Shown piece after piece: positions 37,871-49,900 of a stretch of DNA of 64,000 nt. Location of the stretch: assembly GCA_907165135.1 (NCBI GenBank), contig OU015568.1, forward strand, positions 11,718,001 to 11,782,000. The letters run 5' to 3'. The position numbers and the translations under genes are program-made. Position 1 is the stretch's first letter. The number at the start of each line of letters is the position of its first letter. The DNA comes from Oikopleura dioica. Lineage: Eukaryota; Animalia; Chordata. The notes under the pieces were generated by a model, which was given only the letters and a program-made list of their open reading frames with translations, searched no databases and was not told the DNA's origin.

Positions 37871-38567
37871 TTGTCGAGCGAAATAGATTCAGGTGCAAGA
37901 CGAACTTTCAACAAAGATTTCTTCAAATCGAATTTTAGCAACAAGTTTATTGGAATCAAGCTGATTATTGTCGCACTTCTGATTTTGATTCTTGCTTACG
38001 TTCGGGTACAGCTTGACGATGCGGAAGATGATTCAAAATCAAACTTTGTGATCACAAATTTGACATTTTTGGGAAGGGTTTGAAATCAACGAAGAGAATA
38101 AAATAAAAATTCATTTAAAAACCGCGCAAAAGCTCGCTGCATGCCTCGTACTCTCTGGTACATTTTTCCAAACCATCAATCAACTTGAAGGAGGAGCTAG
38201 GTCAACCGCGATCTTTATCAACCTTCTGTTCAGCGTTTTCATCGGGCCTTTACTTTCGATAACCTGTGCTGTCGGCAATTTTTTAGCGCTAGCTAATCTA
38301 CTCGGAAACCTCTGGGTATGTTTACAAATCACGAACGAGTTATAACGTTTTCTTTAGATTTTGCTTTTTCAATCGATCCTCTCCCTCGTCGCATTTCTCA
38401 TCCTCGTCGAGGACATTTCAATCCAGTGGCGAACGCAACATCTTTCAAACATGAGTTTGGGCAGCAATGGAATAGCCACTTTCAACTACGAAAAATTCAG
38501 TGAGTCTCCAAAGAAAAAAGCTTCAAAAGAAGAAGTCACAGTGGAGGAACTATTTTCTGCCATTTAG
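37871..38567 (+). CDS. Small multi-pass membrane protein, unknown
   Basis: Hydrophobic segments IKLIIVALLILILAYV, AIFINLLFSVFIGPLL, NFLALANLLGNLW|ILLFQSILSLVAFLILV joined by a GT-AG intron near 38316-38358; stop 38567. Confidence 0.5.
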
Positions 38568-38703
38568 TTTTTTTTGTTACAAACCAATTTTTTTGATAAA
38601 TAAATATATTTTATATTGTATCGAGCGTTTTATTAAGCCTTTGTCCAATAAGCAAATTTGTACAGTATTGTTTCTACGACTGTAGAATGTCATTTATGGT
38701 TGG

Positions 38704-38985
38704 TTACGCGTCTTCGAGCTTTGTGCCAGGGGCGAAGACGACATACTTTTTCTTCTTGAAAGTTTCGTCGTCTTCTGCCATCATTTCATCCCTCAATCGC
38801 CTGAAAACAGGGCTGCCTGGGGCGATGGTTGTTCTTCCTGTAGTAGGGCTCCCAAAGTTTCGGATTAAAATGCTCTTTTTCGTCATTATCTTTCGCTTTT
38901 TTTTCTGGGAAATTTTTCAAATCAGATGCTTATAAGCTCAAGAACTACAAGTATCTTTCTAGCGCCACAGAGTGCGCCAGCGACA
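38704..38985 (-). CDS. Possible short two-exon gene
   Basis: Protein-like ORF (GSPVFRRLRDEMMAEDDETFKKKKYVVF) with an upstream ATG and donor; join not verified. Confidence 0.25.
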
Positions 38986-39914
38986 TGAGAATTTATCCAG
39001 AACTAGTAAGCGCGAGCGCTTGTGTACATTAAAAATCCGGTGACTCTTTACTGAGCATGATGGATAACCGATCTTGTAATCACTAGCTTTTGTGTGGAGA
39101 TTAGCAGTGAGAATGAAGTTTGTGGGCACTTTCAGACGAGAGTTCGAAAACAGTGTAAAGTTGTTTCACGTGAAATTCTCCTGTATTAAAATCTAAAAAG
39201 CGCTTGAATGGCTTGAAAACATTTTGAAATTTTTTCAAAATTTACAGTCATTCTCGACTTTCCTTTTCAAACAGCGATCGTTATCGTGACATAAGATCAC
39301 TTCCTAATTTTTACTATCGTAGTTTGTGTCAATCAAACGTCTCGAACTTTTGCGTCAAATAAATTTCCGAGCCCCCAGAATTTCCTAATAATTATGCTAA
39401 GTGCGTCAATAAAACGTCCCCCTTATCGTCTGATAAACATTCAGTACTCAAACTGTCAAATTAAGACATGCAAAAACAATCTTGTCAAATTGCATTTTCA
39501 GTTTTGAAATTTCTTTCCTGACAAATTCTTGCCTAAAAATTTGTACAGACAGGATTCTGGAGGTCGTAAATTTTGATACACACCTGGAGAGGTTAGATTC
39601 TGCTCTTTTATGTTTGCAATTGCAAATAGAAGAAGTTCTTTTTGACCCCTGAAAGTTCATTTTTCTTCAAAACTGGATGTTATCACTCAGATTAGAATAC
39701 AGTATTCATGAGCAGTATTGCGAGTTTATTCAGGGTTTCAGTGTTTTGCCTTGTTGGCATATTTCTTTCTTTTTTTCGTTGTTTTGCATAACAGAATAGA
39801 AAAGGTGGTTTTGCGGAACATGATTGACGGAACAGAATAATAATATTATTAAAATAAAAACTAATTAACACATATATTATTTGTGATGATTGGCAAGGTG
39901 CTTCAAATATAAAT

Positions 39915-41528
39915 TTACAAATTGGCAGATTTGATTGACTCTTCTAGTGGATCTGCTAGTAGCTTGTATTTCGTTGCACAGTATGTTCCACTCCCGCGCC
40001 GTTGAACTGCGTTTCTGAATGGGTCCATCAGATTTTCGTGCAAGTCTTCGTCCCAGTTGTACATCAAGAACGCTTCGTAAAGACCACGGAAGGTCGGGTT
40101 CACATCGCCGAAGAAAGCAGAGGTAATTCCATGCACAGCTCCTGCCCCGTTCTCTTCAGCGTCCTTTTTGAGAAGTTTTTAAAAGCTCTTACGAAAGATA
40201 CCTAATGTCCTTCCTCAATAGTAAACTCCTTTCCTTACAGACGTTTCCGTCGTCGATACAGAAATTATTCTTGAAATTCCAGGAACACTCGAGTTGATGC
40301 AGCATGTCAGGGTTGAAATGAAACATGATATTCAAAAGCTTTTGATCGTGCTCCGCCCGATCTTTATATTTTCTGTAATACTTCAGAAGCAGTTCTGATC
40401 CGTAGCCAAGAGCAGGGCCGGGTTTTTCACGGCCTTGTTCGTCGTAAGACAGTTTCCACTTTTCAAGGCATTTGACAAAATATTCAATTTTAAATAATTC
40501 AAGGAGTAAATTTAAATTTTATCAAATCCATTCCTTGCCGTTGAGAATTCTCGTAAAGTTCATCACCATGACTCCGGAATTGATCTGGAATAGCCCGGTA
40601 TCATGAAGAATGAAATTCTCATTGTATCTCGATCCTCCAAGAGCATGACCAGCGGTAGGGGCGATCGCCATAACTTCCGTAGGCGAAAATGTTTTCAGCT
40701 TTTGCAAAGATCAATAGCTTTCTTCTCTCATAAAGTAAATTAATACGCCCTGACGTATGATTATAGCGCTGCGAAAATGAAATGACCCGTTCCTTCGCCC
40801 AAAGCTGATCAATTGGCTTCGTAAAGACCACATCTGAGTCGGCGTAAATCGCAGCATCGGTGACCCCCGTCTCTCCAAGCAGCATCGGTGTCAGAAGACG
40901 AAAACTGCCACATGGCTTGTACCACGATTTCCACTCGGCGATGAGGTCTTGCGGGAGCTGGGAGTAGTCGATTTTGTTGATTGAATATTCCGTTCGTTCT
41001 TTGATCGAGTCCGGCCACGATTCCAACTCGCCCTCAAATAGAGGAGCCATATCTTCCTCGGTAAACACGTGGATATGCAGACGTTGATGGGCAAAGAGAG
41101 CAGCGGATTTGATCATCGTTAAACTGAAAATAATGAGTTTGAATAACAATTACTGCTTACCTTTGATCAAGTGGTTTCTTTACGTCTCTGATTCCTTGAT
41201 AGTTTGGCCTTCCACAAGAGACAGTCATTAGATGCATAGTTTCTTGCTTTGTGGGAGCAGACTTGGCAGATTTGTCATCAGAGCTCAGAGAACTCTCATC
41301 ACATTCATCCCCGAAGCACTCTTCATCATTATAAATGTATAATAATAAACAAAAAACCTTTAACTTGGATCAACAAAAATGTCAATTTTAAATCTAAAAA
41401 TTCAAAGTAAGCTTTCTGAAAAATTTTCTCTTATTGTGAAATTCTTTTGTGATCCGTTCCAATAGCGTTAAAATGTTCCTAAACCACTTCACATTTCCAT
41501 GCGCCATTCTTCTCACAAATCCCGCCAT
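39915..41528 (-). CDS. GXYLT: Glucoside xylosyltransferase (GT8 family)
   Basis: MHLMTVSCG, LTMIKSAALFAH, WYKPCGSFRL, IYADSDVVFTKPIDQLW, INSGVMVMNFTR and DQKLLNIMFHFNP..CSWNF match GXYLT1/2. Type II TM anchor formed across a putative GA-AG intron 41459-41358. Confidence 0.9.
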
Positions 41529-44433
41529 CTTCTCAATGATCTCTTACCATAAGCTACTAAATGAATGAATCTACTATTGTCAAGTAGTATTTTTGTGGCA
41601 ATAATATTGTGTTGGCGATTTTTTGTCGTTTTGGAGTTTTTTTGGTGGATGATCCTGCCGCGGGTCAATTCGCGTTAGCGAGCTTGAGCTTCATAAAAAT
41701 TAGCGCCGGTGCTAGCAAAGCGGATTTTACGACAGGCTGATAATCGGACATTGGTCTCGGTCATTAATGAGCCAATGGTTTCGGAGAAAAGTAATTCTCA
41801 AGTTTCATATAGCGAGATTTCTAACTTAAAAATTGAGAAAATCGACTGAAAAGACCGTTGAATTTTGAAAATTAGAAAGTCTGAAAACAATCGGTTTGCA
41901 AAACAAAGCTAAGCCACACTTTTAGAATGAGAATGTTCTGATTTTATTTAGAGAGAAACTTTGTCCGACGAATGTTTGCCAAAACAGGAAGTCAATTATT
42001 GCGACTCTCAATTTGAAATATTTCGCGGTTGAGTACCTGCGCGAAAATTGCAATTATTTGATTGTCGAGATGAACAATCTGACAACGGAGATTTTTCGTT
42101 TTAGTTGATTTGAGCCTCACTCTTTTTGTGCATTTTTGTGCATCTAAGGGTACTCAGCAGGTTGCAGGACATTAGCCTAATTTGAAAAGAAAGGCATCAG
42201 ACATTTTTTTCGGGGGATGAAAAGGTATCGATTCAGAGCTAGCAGTGATCAAAGAAAGAATTGTACCTTGGAAATTAGAAAAAGGGTCATTGAGTCCTTG
42301 CAGGTAGTGGTCAATTCAATCGATATTTCAAAGGTTCAGCCTTTTTTTCAATTCGACAAAGTTTAATCGAGATAAGGGGAAAAGGAAATATGGGGCGCTT
42401 GAATTCTCGGAAAGGCCTTATGTGCCCCATATTTCCCGGAAATATGTTTACAAACTTATCATCACGAGGGGATCTCTAAATTTCTCGGAGCCGGCCCCCC
42501 GGGAGACCTTCCAAGAACTCTCGAATCGTAAATCCCATCGTAAAATTTCTAGGGCAACAAAACTCCCCAGGAGAGCAGTAATACCCCTGGGATATCGCAT
42601 GTGGTGACAGGGCCTAAAAACAGGGGAGACATTCTTGGTAAAACACCATTCAAGCAATCAAGAAATCGCGACCGAGAATGGGCTACTGGGGTGTCAAAAT
42701 CAAATAACAGTAATCAAGTGTCCAGAAATCTATAAACCCACATTTTCTCCTGATCAGATCATTCTTTCTATTTTACTGTTTATAAAAACTCTCGTGCCAA
42801 GATCACGTGCGAACGCCATCAACTGGAAATTCAAGGTCAACATTCTAAAAAAGTGAAAATTTCCGCAAGAATTCGGGCAAGGGATCCGATCCCGTAAAAT
42901 TGCGAAAAAAAGTAAAATTGGATTTTCTCGGAAAAGCAGGGCAAGGCCGGATTAAAGTTTATATTGCACGGAGTGGGGTCACATGCTCAGCTTTTTCCTG
43001 GAAATCTAGGCCAAAGCGGGATGAAAAGTCGAAATTTTTGATTGATGGAAAACTGAAATCAAAAATTTTAAGCTACTCTCATTCATTTTTTTTTCTTGGA
43101 AGCCTGTATTTTGCCAATAAGTTTCGCTTTGATTTGTGAAAATCCTTGCGGCTTGCTAAAAAATTCCGTGATCCTTGAGGCACGCTTATTGAGGTGCGAA
43201 TACCGCCAAATCCGAAAAGGCTCAGCATTCTTTCTCAGTGGATCGCAAACAAACAATTCTCATGCATAAAAAGTCGCAACGGTTTTTTGGCGGATTTTCG
43301 ATACTACCCAGGGTCCTGGTCGAGAACTCCTGGATGAGTTTAGCATCTTTGCTACTATCTTCGGTTTTTCGTACTTTCATATGTTGAGGTGAGGTTGAGA
43401 AAGTGAGTCAAGGTGGGTGATCAAGGAAGCTTTTTTGATGCACTTCCTGGGTCGCTTTTCATCCATTTTTCTTATCGATAAAACTCAGCGTGGATCAAGT
43501 TCACCTCTGTCTATTGATTTTCATCCAGAAATTTGCTCTTGCGAACATGAAATTTTAAGTTGAAGCCTTTTCTCCAGTACAGTCTGATTTTCAAACTATG
43601 AGGCCAAGAAATTTCTCCTCAAACAAGCCGAAAGTCGGTTAGCATACAATAAATTTGTCTCTCTGAGCAAATCTCAAATCGAATCTCCTTCGGTACCATA
43701 AAATCATTTGTATCGGCTAAAATTCAAATCTTTCCGGGATTTTTTCTAATTTATCGGATGGGCGCTTGAACTCGCCGCGCTGCTTTGAAACCAAGCTACC
43801 GCCAGCTGCAACGGAAAAATGCACAAGAGAAAGCTAGAATTTCTCGGAAAGAAACTCTGCTTTTGCGAGGAAGGCAGAGTCAGCTCATCTCGTTTATTCT
43901 CTGCTGGAGGAAATGGAAATCGGAAATTTTCGAATGCGATATTCATCGACAAGTGCGATTTTCAAATGGTGATATTCATTTTCAGAACTGTTCTATTCAA
44001 GAAAATGACTATCAGAATCGATAGTTGAATCTGAGGAATCTGGGATAGAAGATTGCAGACAGAAAATGATATTAAAATTTGATGTGTTTCAGCAGTTTTA
44101 CATTGTTCTGAAATATATTTTCTTCTTCAAAATATTGATGTTCCCTTCGGATTCAAAAATCAAGGCAATATTCGACAAATTTCCTCCAATAACTTCTCCC
44201 GAGCTTCAGCCCATCTGGATCTATTCGCCAATCTGACCCAATTCTTAGCTACCTTTTACTGTGTAAATTTGCATAGGAACACCTTATCCATTGTATGTAT
44301 CCTTATCGAGTATATGCATCTGCGCGGGTGTACGTAGAATCTACGTTGATCTTTATCTTCTCAGAAAAAATGTCACGCTGAGCTGAGTAGGAGTGGAACG
44401 GCTGGCGACCTCCGCGGCGCTCTTCTCGCCGAC

Positions 44434-44440
44434 TATAAAA
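44434..44440 (+). promoter_or_regulatory. TATA box of the kinase gene
   Basis: TATAAAA preceded by a GC-rich tract, about 130 nt upstream of ATG 44568. Confidence 0.6.
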
Positions 44441-44567
44441 TCGGATCAGCTCCCTTCTGAAACCATCAAATCAGAATCAAATCAACCATTTTATAAACAC
44501 ACCTTCCAAAGGAAGAAAAAACCCAAGAGCAAAATTTAATAAAGAGATTCAAAAGAAAAACTCGAAA

Positions 44568-45416
44568 ATGTCTCGAAACAGCGAATCCGGCTACTCTTCA
44601 GACGAAAACGTCATCTCTCCCCAAGAGCAAATCGCCAAAGATCAGCGACGATTCTCGAAGACTTACGATGTCGAGGAAGAAATGATGCGCTCTGCTAACG
44701 GAATCCTTTACACTGGCAAGCACATCTCTTCTGAAACTCCAGTCGTCATCAAGCAGATTCCTCGAGGAAAGATCTCCCAGTTCAAGCAAGTTCAAGAACG
44801 AGCTGTCCCCAGCGAAATCTACTACCATTTCAAAGCGGCTCAAGCATCCGAGTTTGTCGTACAGCCTTTTGACTGGTACGAGCGACGATCTTCCTTCGTC
44901 CTTGTTATGGAGAGACTCGACGGCTTCATCGACCTCTTCGAATTCTCTAAGAAACACGGTGCTATCAACGAAGAAGCAGTCCGAATCATCGCCGGCCAAT
45001 TGATCACCTGTTGCATGGAGCTCTCCCGTGCCGGCATCTGCCACCGCGACATCAAAGACGAGAACATCCTCATCCACCCAGAGACTCTCGAAATCCGCCT
45101 CATCGACTTCGGATGCGCCAGCCGAGAAGACAACTGCTACACCACCGCCCGCGGAACCCCCTCTTACTGGCCGATCGAATACTTCCAGAACCGACTTCTC
45201 AGCGCCGGGCCACTCACTGTCTGGAGCATTGGAGCAGTCATTTACATCCTTCTCACTGGAAACTGGGAAACAGACCAGACCGGGCTTATGCGACGAAACT
45301 TCCTCGCTGAGCGGACTCTTAACAAATACACTGTCGCCCTTCTCGACCGAATCTTCTGCCCAGACCCGATGAGCAGAATTACAATGGAGGAACTACTCAA
45401 TTGTGGATGGTGCTGA
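44568..45416 (+). CDS. Pim-like Ser/Thr kinase, intronless
   Basis: VVIKQI, FDWYER..SFVLVMER, HRDIKDENIL, LIDFGC, GTPSYWPIE and TVWSIG. AATAAA at about 45501. Confidence 0.9.
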   Translation: MSRNSESGYSSDENVISPQEQIAKDQRRFSKTYDVEEEMMRSANGILYTGKHISSETPVVIKQIPRGKISQFKQVQERAVPSEIYYHFKAAQASEFVVQPFDWYERRSSFVLVMERLDGFIDLFEFSKKHGAINEEAVRIIAGQLITCCMELSRAGICHRDIKDENILIHPETLEIRLIDFGCASREDNCYTTARGTPSYWPIEYFQNRLLSAGPLTVWSIGAVIYILLTGNWETDQTGLMRRNFLAERTLNKYTVALLDRIFCPDPMSRITMEELLNCGWC

Positions 45417-45574
45417 AACCAGATTGTAACTTCACTGCCAAAAAATATTTATTTGTACATTTTTACGTTGATACATTTCTGAAAAGTTCTTCCTCAGCCA
45501 ATAAAACCACTGATAAGTTACTTGTTGAGTGCATTTTTTATTTGTCTGCTTAGTGAAAACGATGTGGCAGAAAA

Positions 45575-46599
45575 TTACTTGAAAAGCTTGAGAATGTTTC
45601 GCTTGGTGAACTTTTTACGGCAGGTAGGACATGTCTTCTGAGGTAAATTAGAAAGGCAGTTGAAGCAGGCTATGTGGCCGCATGCAGTGAGAGCAGCTAG
45701 AGGATGAGCTTCACTAAAAACTTCACAACAGATCTTGCAGTTGTCATCCTCATTATTTTCTTCTCCTCCTTTTGACTTCTTCGTCTCAGGTTCGTCTGAT
45801 TCCCCTGACGATTCTAAAAATGATGCTTTTCTAGTCTGTAAAGAGCTACTGTACCAGCGTCGCTGTTATCTTCCTTCATTGCTGCTTTGCTGAGAACCAA
45901 CGATCGCTTTTGAACTTTTTTCCGCCACTTTCTAATCTTCGCTAGCTCTTCCTTGCATTTCTCTGCATCTACTTTTGCTTCCTCAAAGGCTTGACTGGAC
46001 TCTTGAGCCTTTTTCAGAACTTCTTCTACCAATTTTTGATCAACTTCCATTACTTTTCGAGATGATTCCACTTGTTTCTCGGCGTCTTCAACTCTCTTTT
46101 CTACGATACCTTCTTCATCTCTTGTCTCTTCAAAAATTTCGTTGACGATTTTAAGGGTTTCGTATCTGTCTAAAGTAAATATTTAATCAATATAATCACT
46201 TATCACTTGAAGTTTTTCCGATACGTACAGTCATCTGCGCGAAGAGCAGCATTTTCACAGCATGTACCAACGTAGAACTCTCTGTAATTGAGTTGGTCTG
46301 CGCCACAACCTTTTGAACGACCAGCGTAACATTTGAATTTTGCATCTGTCTTTTCAAACTTGGCTTTTTTGGACTCCTCGGGAAACTTTTTCGATGCGCA
46401 ACAGACACAGTATCTGTTACCCTTTATGTTTGCTGTTGATTTTGTAACACTAAAAGTTCGTTAAAGATACAATTTGTAGCTTCGGAAGACTAAATTTATA
46501 TACTTTCACTTACAGTTCGCAAGAAGAACATTTCCCAATTGATCCAAAACAAGCAACATAACTCTCAGTTACACCGAGATTCTTCGATAACCCTTTCAT
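45575..46599 (-). CDS. RING-finger protein: N-terminal Cys-rich region, coiled coil, C-terminal C3HC4 RING
   Basis: Last exon CKICCEVF...ACGHIACFNCL...TCPTCRKKF stop 45575; central coiled-coil ORF 45814-46071; N-terminal CSSCELYCVCC and KCY..GC..TCC exons. Start uncertain. Confidence 0.8.
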
Positions 46600-46920
46600 C
46601 GTCTGTTTTCACGTGGACATTAGTGGTTAAAAGTACAGTATTTCCACCCAGTCCTCAAAATTGCTTCCACTCAACTCCTCAGACGCGGCGTTCTTCCAGC
46701 GAAAAATTGGCTTGCGCGCTTTACGCGCTTGTCCTCTCGAAAGAATGTGGCTCTCTGATTGGTCAAGCGCGGACGTCTTTCCAAGCGTTCACGTGCGTGA
46801 GAGGATTTCTGAGAGATTTTTACGAAGAATTACGCTATCTTCCTGGCTGAATTTGATGATGAAACTTTATTAATCAATTTTGTGGTTTGTAACGAGTGAT
46901 TTTTTCAGACTTTTTTCGAC

Positions 46921-49900
46921 ATGGGACACGAAAACATCTGGTTCGCGCACAAAGGCAAAAACACCAAAGGCCGAGGTACGTTTCTAGGGCTCCTATTCGT
47001 TTTTAAACAGACTTAGACTCGTTACGAGGGTTTTTCTTCGAGAAAAGTAACCTTTTGGGGGCGATTTGAGGATTTTTAGATAGGAAATTTTGATTAGCGA
47101 GGCTCATCATGCTCAAATCCCTTCATTTCCCTCTGAATCTATAAATCCTCTTATCAATCACCATCCTGTCGGGCTCTTCATCCCCGATTGCCTCTGCTTG
47201 AGCAGCCGCGGGTGAAATTCCTGGCCAAAGTCAAAGCTCATTGAAGCAGTCCAAGTTTCAAGCGCGGCGAAGTTCTTTCTGGCCCAGCGCGCTTTTTAGA
47301 ACAGTTCTCGCGGCGATGAGCTCCTTGAATCCGCTTGTAAATTGTCTTTGAGCTCTTCTGGGAACTGCTCTTGGAACTTGTTGTTTCAACGAGTCAAAAT
47401 ATTTGGAACTTTGTTCATTCAAAAGTCACTCTCTTCTGATTTCAGTTGAAGATCGTTCACGAGAATGCGTCATCTTTTGAAAAACTCGAATTTCAATTGA
47501 AATTCGATGAAACTGATTTTCAGTAAAATTTGATGAAGAAAGTTTCAAATATTTCTATCAAGAACCCTCCTTCATCCCTTTTCCGCCAGCTAAAAGCGAC
47601 GGCTTCTACATCTTTTCCTCAAACTTCCCTCGATCGACTTTCGAGATTTTCCTGGAACTGAGAAAATGATGAATTATGAAGTGGTTAGATAACGCTGGCG
47701 AACATGAAATTCACGCTCGACTCGCAAGGAAATCGTACTTGGCACTTTTTCACTGAACCTCTTTTCGCTTCTGATTCTCTGGAATTTTAAGTTGAAGAGG
47801 GGACGAGAATACCGCCTTGAACCTCTTTCCTAATGTTCGTTTTGTACTTTCCAACCGAGTTGCGAACATTCCACTTATAGAATTTTTTAGTTACTAAATA
47901 AAATAACAATTGTCTAACACATAAATTTCTAGGTTTCCGACAGTGCCGAATCCAGAGTTCGAAATCCCGCGTTTGCCCGGGGGAAGATACGGGCACGGGC
48001 AAGAAAGTGAAGATTCCCGAGGGCAAAAGCGGTCACGGGCAAAAAAACGAATTTTCCCGCGGGCCAGGCGGGCACGGGCACAATAAAAAATATTCCCGCG
48101 GGCAAATTCGGGCACGGGCAAGATTCCCGCGAGCTTAAACGGGCACGGGCAGATTCAATGCACCTTATGAAAAAGTGTTTAAACTATTTAAATAGCGTGG
48201 AAATAGACACCAAATACTTGAGGGAGTATATTGAAAACTAATCTGCATACAGAACTGTTATGACGTGCTTTTTTTTAAGGTTAATGAAGTTTTCCAGCCC
48301 ATTTCCGCCTTATAGACCCCCGAACATTATACCTTTACAAATCAACAGAAATTTTAAGAACTTTAACGGTTCAAAATTCTAGAAAACTCCACTTCCGGTC
48401 GGTTCTAGAGCCGGAAATTGACGTAATTTAGGTGTTATGGTTTGGCCTCGGACGTAAAAAATCATCACCACCAGCCGGTCGTCGTACGGTTACAAGAGTA
48501 GGCTCATTCGAAAGCTCTTGAACAGGGCTTTCTGTTGGGCTTATCAAAAAACTGGGCCCTGTCCTCCTTTTTCGAGATATTTGATTTTGAAGGTAAGCTT
48601 TGAAAAATATTTTTTAAAATAACTCGTAACAGAAAGGGAGGGCCCAGTTTTTTTATCGGTCAAATAGAAAGCCCTTATCAAGACCTTTCGAATGAGCCCT
48701 CTCATGTTCCCGTACGATGACCGGATGGTGAAAATCGTCTTTTTTACGTCCGAGGCCTAGTTATGGTGAATTATAGAAAATCGCCGTTTGCCCAACTTGG
48801 AGAAGCGGAGATCTTGGGCAAACGGCGATCTGAAAAAAGTTTATATTAATTGATCATTAGACATTATTTGGCTTTTTTAATATCAATCCTGGCTTCTTCA
48901 ACGCCAATCCTGGCTTCACCAACATCAATCATGTTTTCTCCAATATCATCGACACTATATCAATTATGGCTTCTCCATCGCCAATTCTCGCTTCAAATAT
49001 GGCTTCTCCAATGTCCATCCCGGGTTCTTCGACGTCAATCCCGATTTCTCCATCGTCGATCCCGACTTCTCCAACGTCGATCCCGGCTTCATCCATCTCC
49101 ATCTGGGCTTTTTCAACGCCAATTTTATCTTGAAGAAGCCATGATCGACATTCGAGAAGCGATGATTGACAACTGAGAAGCCGGGAGTGACGTTTGAGAA
49201 GCTTGGATTGAAGTAAGTGACGCCCGGATCAGCATTGAAGAAGCCGGGATTGACGCTGGAGATGCCAGGATTCAAGTTTGAGCCACCAAGATTGACGTCT
49301 GAAAAGCTAGGATCGAAGTTTTTGAAGCCGGGATTGAAATAAGTGAAGCTGGGATTGACTGTGAAGAAGACAATAAAAGTTATATGATCAATCAATTTAA
49401 ACTAATTCACATCGCCGTTTGCCCAAGTCGCCGTTTCCCCAAGTTCCCCAAGTTGGGGAAACGGAGACCATTCGGTCGTAGTTTCTAACTAGCTCCTAAA
49501 ACTTGCGATTTAAAAATCCGAATTGATTCAGGGTCGTTTTTATTTTATTTTCTTATTTTGAAAAATAGGCTTGAGATTTAGCAGTAGAAAAAATGTTCCC
49601 CGGGCTGCCCTCGGGAATATTTCGTGCGGGAACGCGGGCAAACCGCCCGTGCCCGTTTATGCCCGCGGGAATCTTCTCATTCATGCCCGTGCCCGTATCT
49701 GCCCGCGGGAAAATTTGTTATAGTGCCCGTGCCCGCTTGGCTCGCGGGAAAATTCGTTTTTGTGCCCGTGACCGTTTTTGCCCCCGGGAATCTTAAATAT
49801 TCTGCCCGTGCCCGCCCGCCCGCCGCCCCCTTGCCCGGGAGCCGCAAAAATTTCGAACTCTGGCCGAATCACTGGCTGCCGATCTGGTCTCATCCGAAAG

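Larger units (their letters stand above)
47952..49863. mobile_element. 1912-bp non-autonomous DNA transposon, composite, family unassigned
   Basis: Perfect 14-bp TIR CCAGAGTTCGAAAT (47952-47965) / ATTTCGAACTCTGG (49850-49863); TSD CCGAAT at 47946-47951 and 49864-49869; inverted subterminal arms of about 200 bp built from GGGCACGGGC and TTCCCGCGGG motifs. Confidence 0.92.

Noticed and set aside
42384-42436. 13-bp perfect hairpin GGAAATATGGGGC
   Set aside because: Isolated, with no TSD or second copy in the window; function unsupported.
46976-47932. Possible snoRNA or nested ORF in RPS29 intron 1
   Set aside because: No convincing C/D or H/ACA box arrangement seen; the minus-strand ORF fragment is unconvincing.
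48964-49395. 143-aa NPGF-repeat ORF as a gene
   Set aside because: It runs through the centre of an inverted repeat inside a transposon and has no gene signals; treated as a repeat.
47941-49874. Alternative transposon boundaries (CAGTG...CACTG with a degenerate 8-bp TSD, hAT-like)
   Set aside because: These flanks are RPS29 codons; only the 47952-49863 boundaries give a perfect TIR and TSD and restore the protein.
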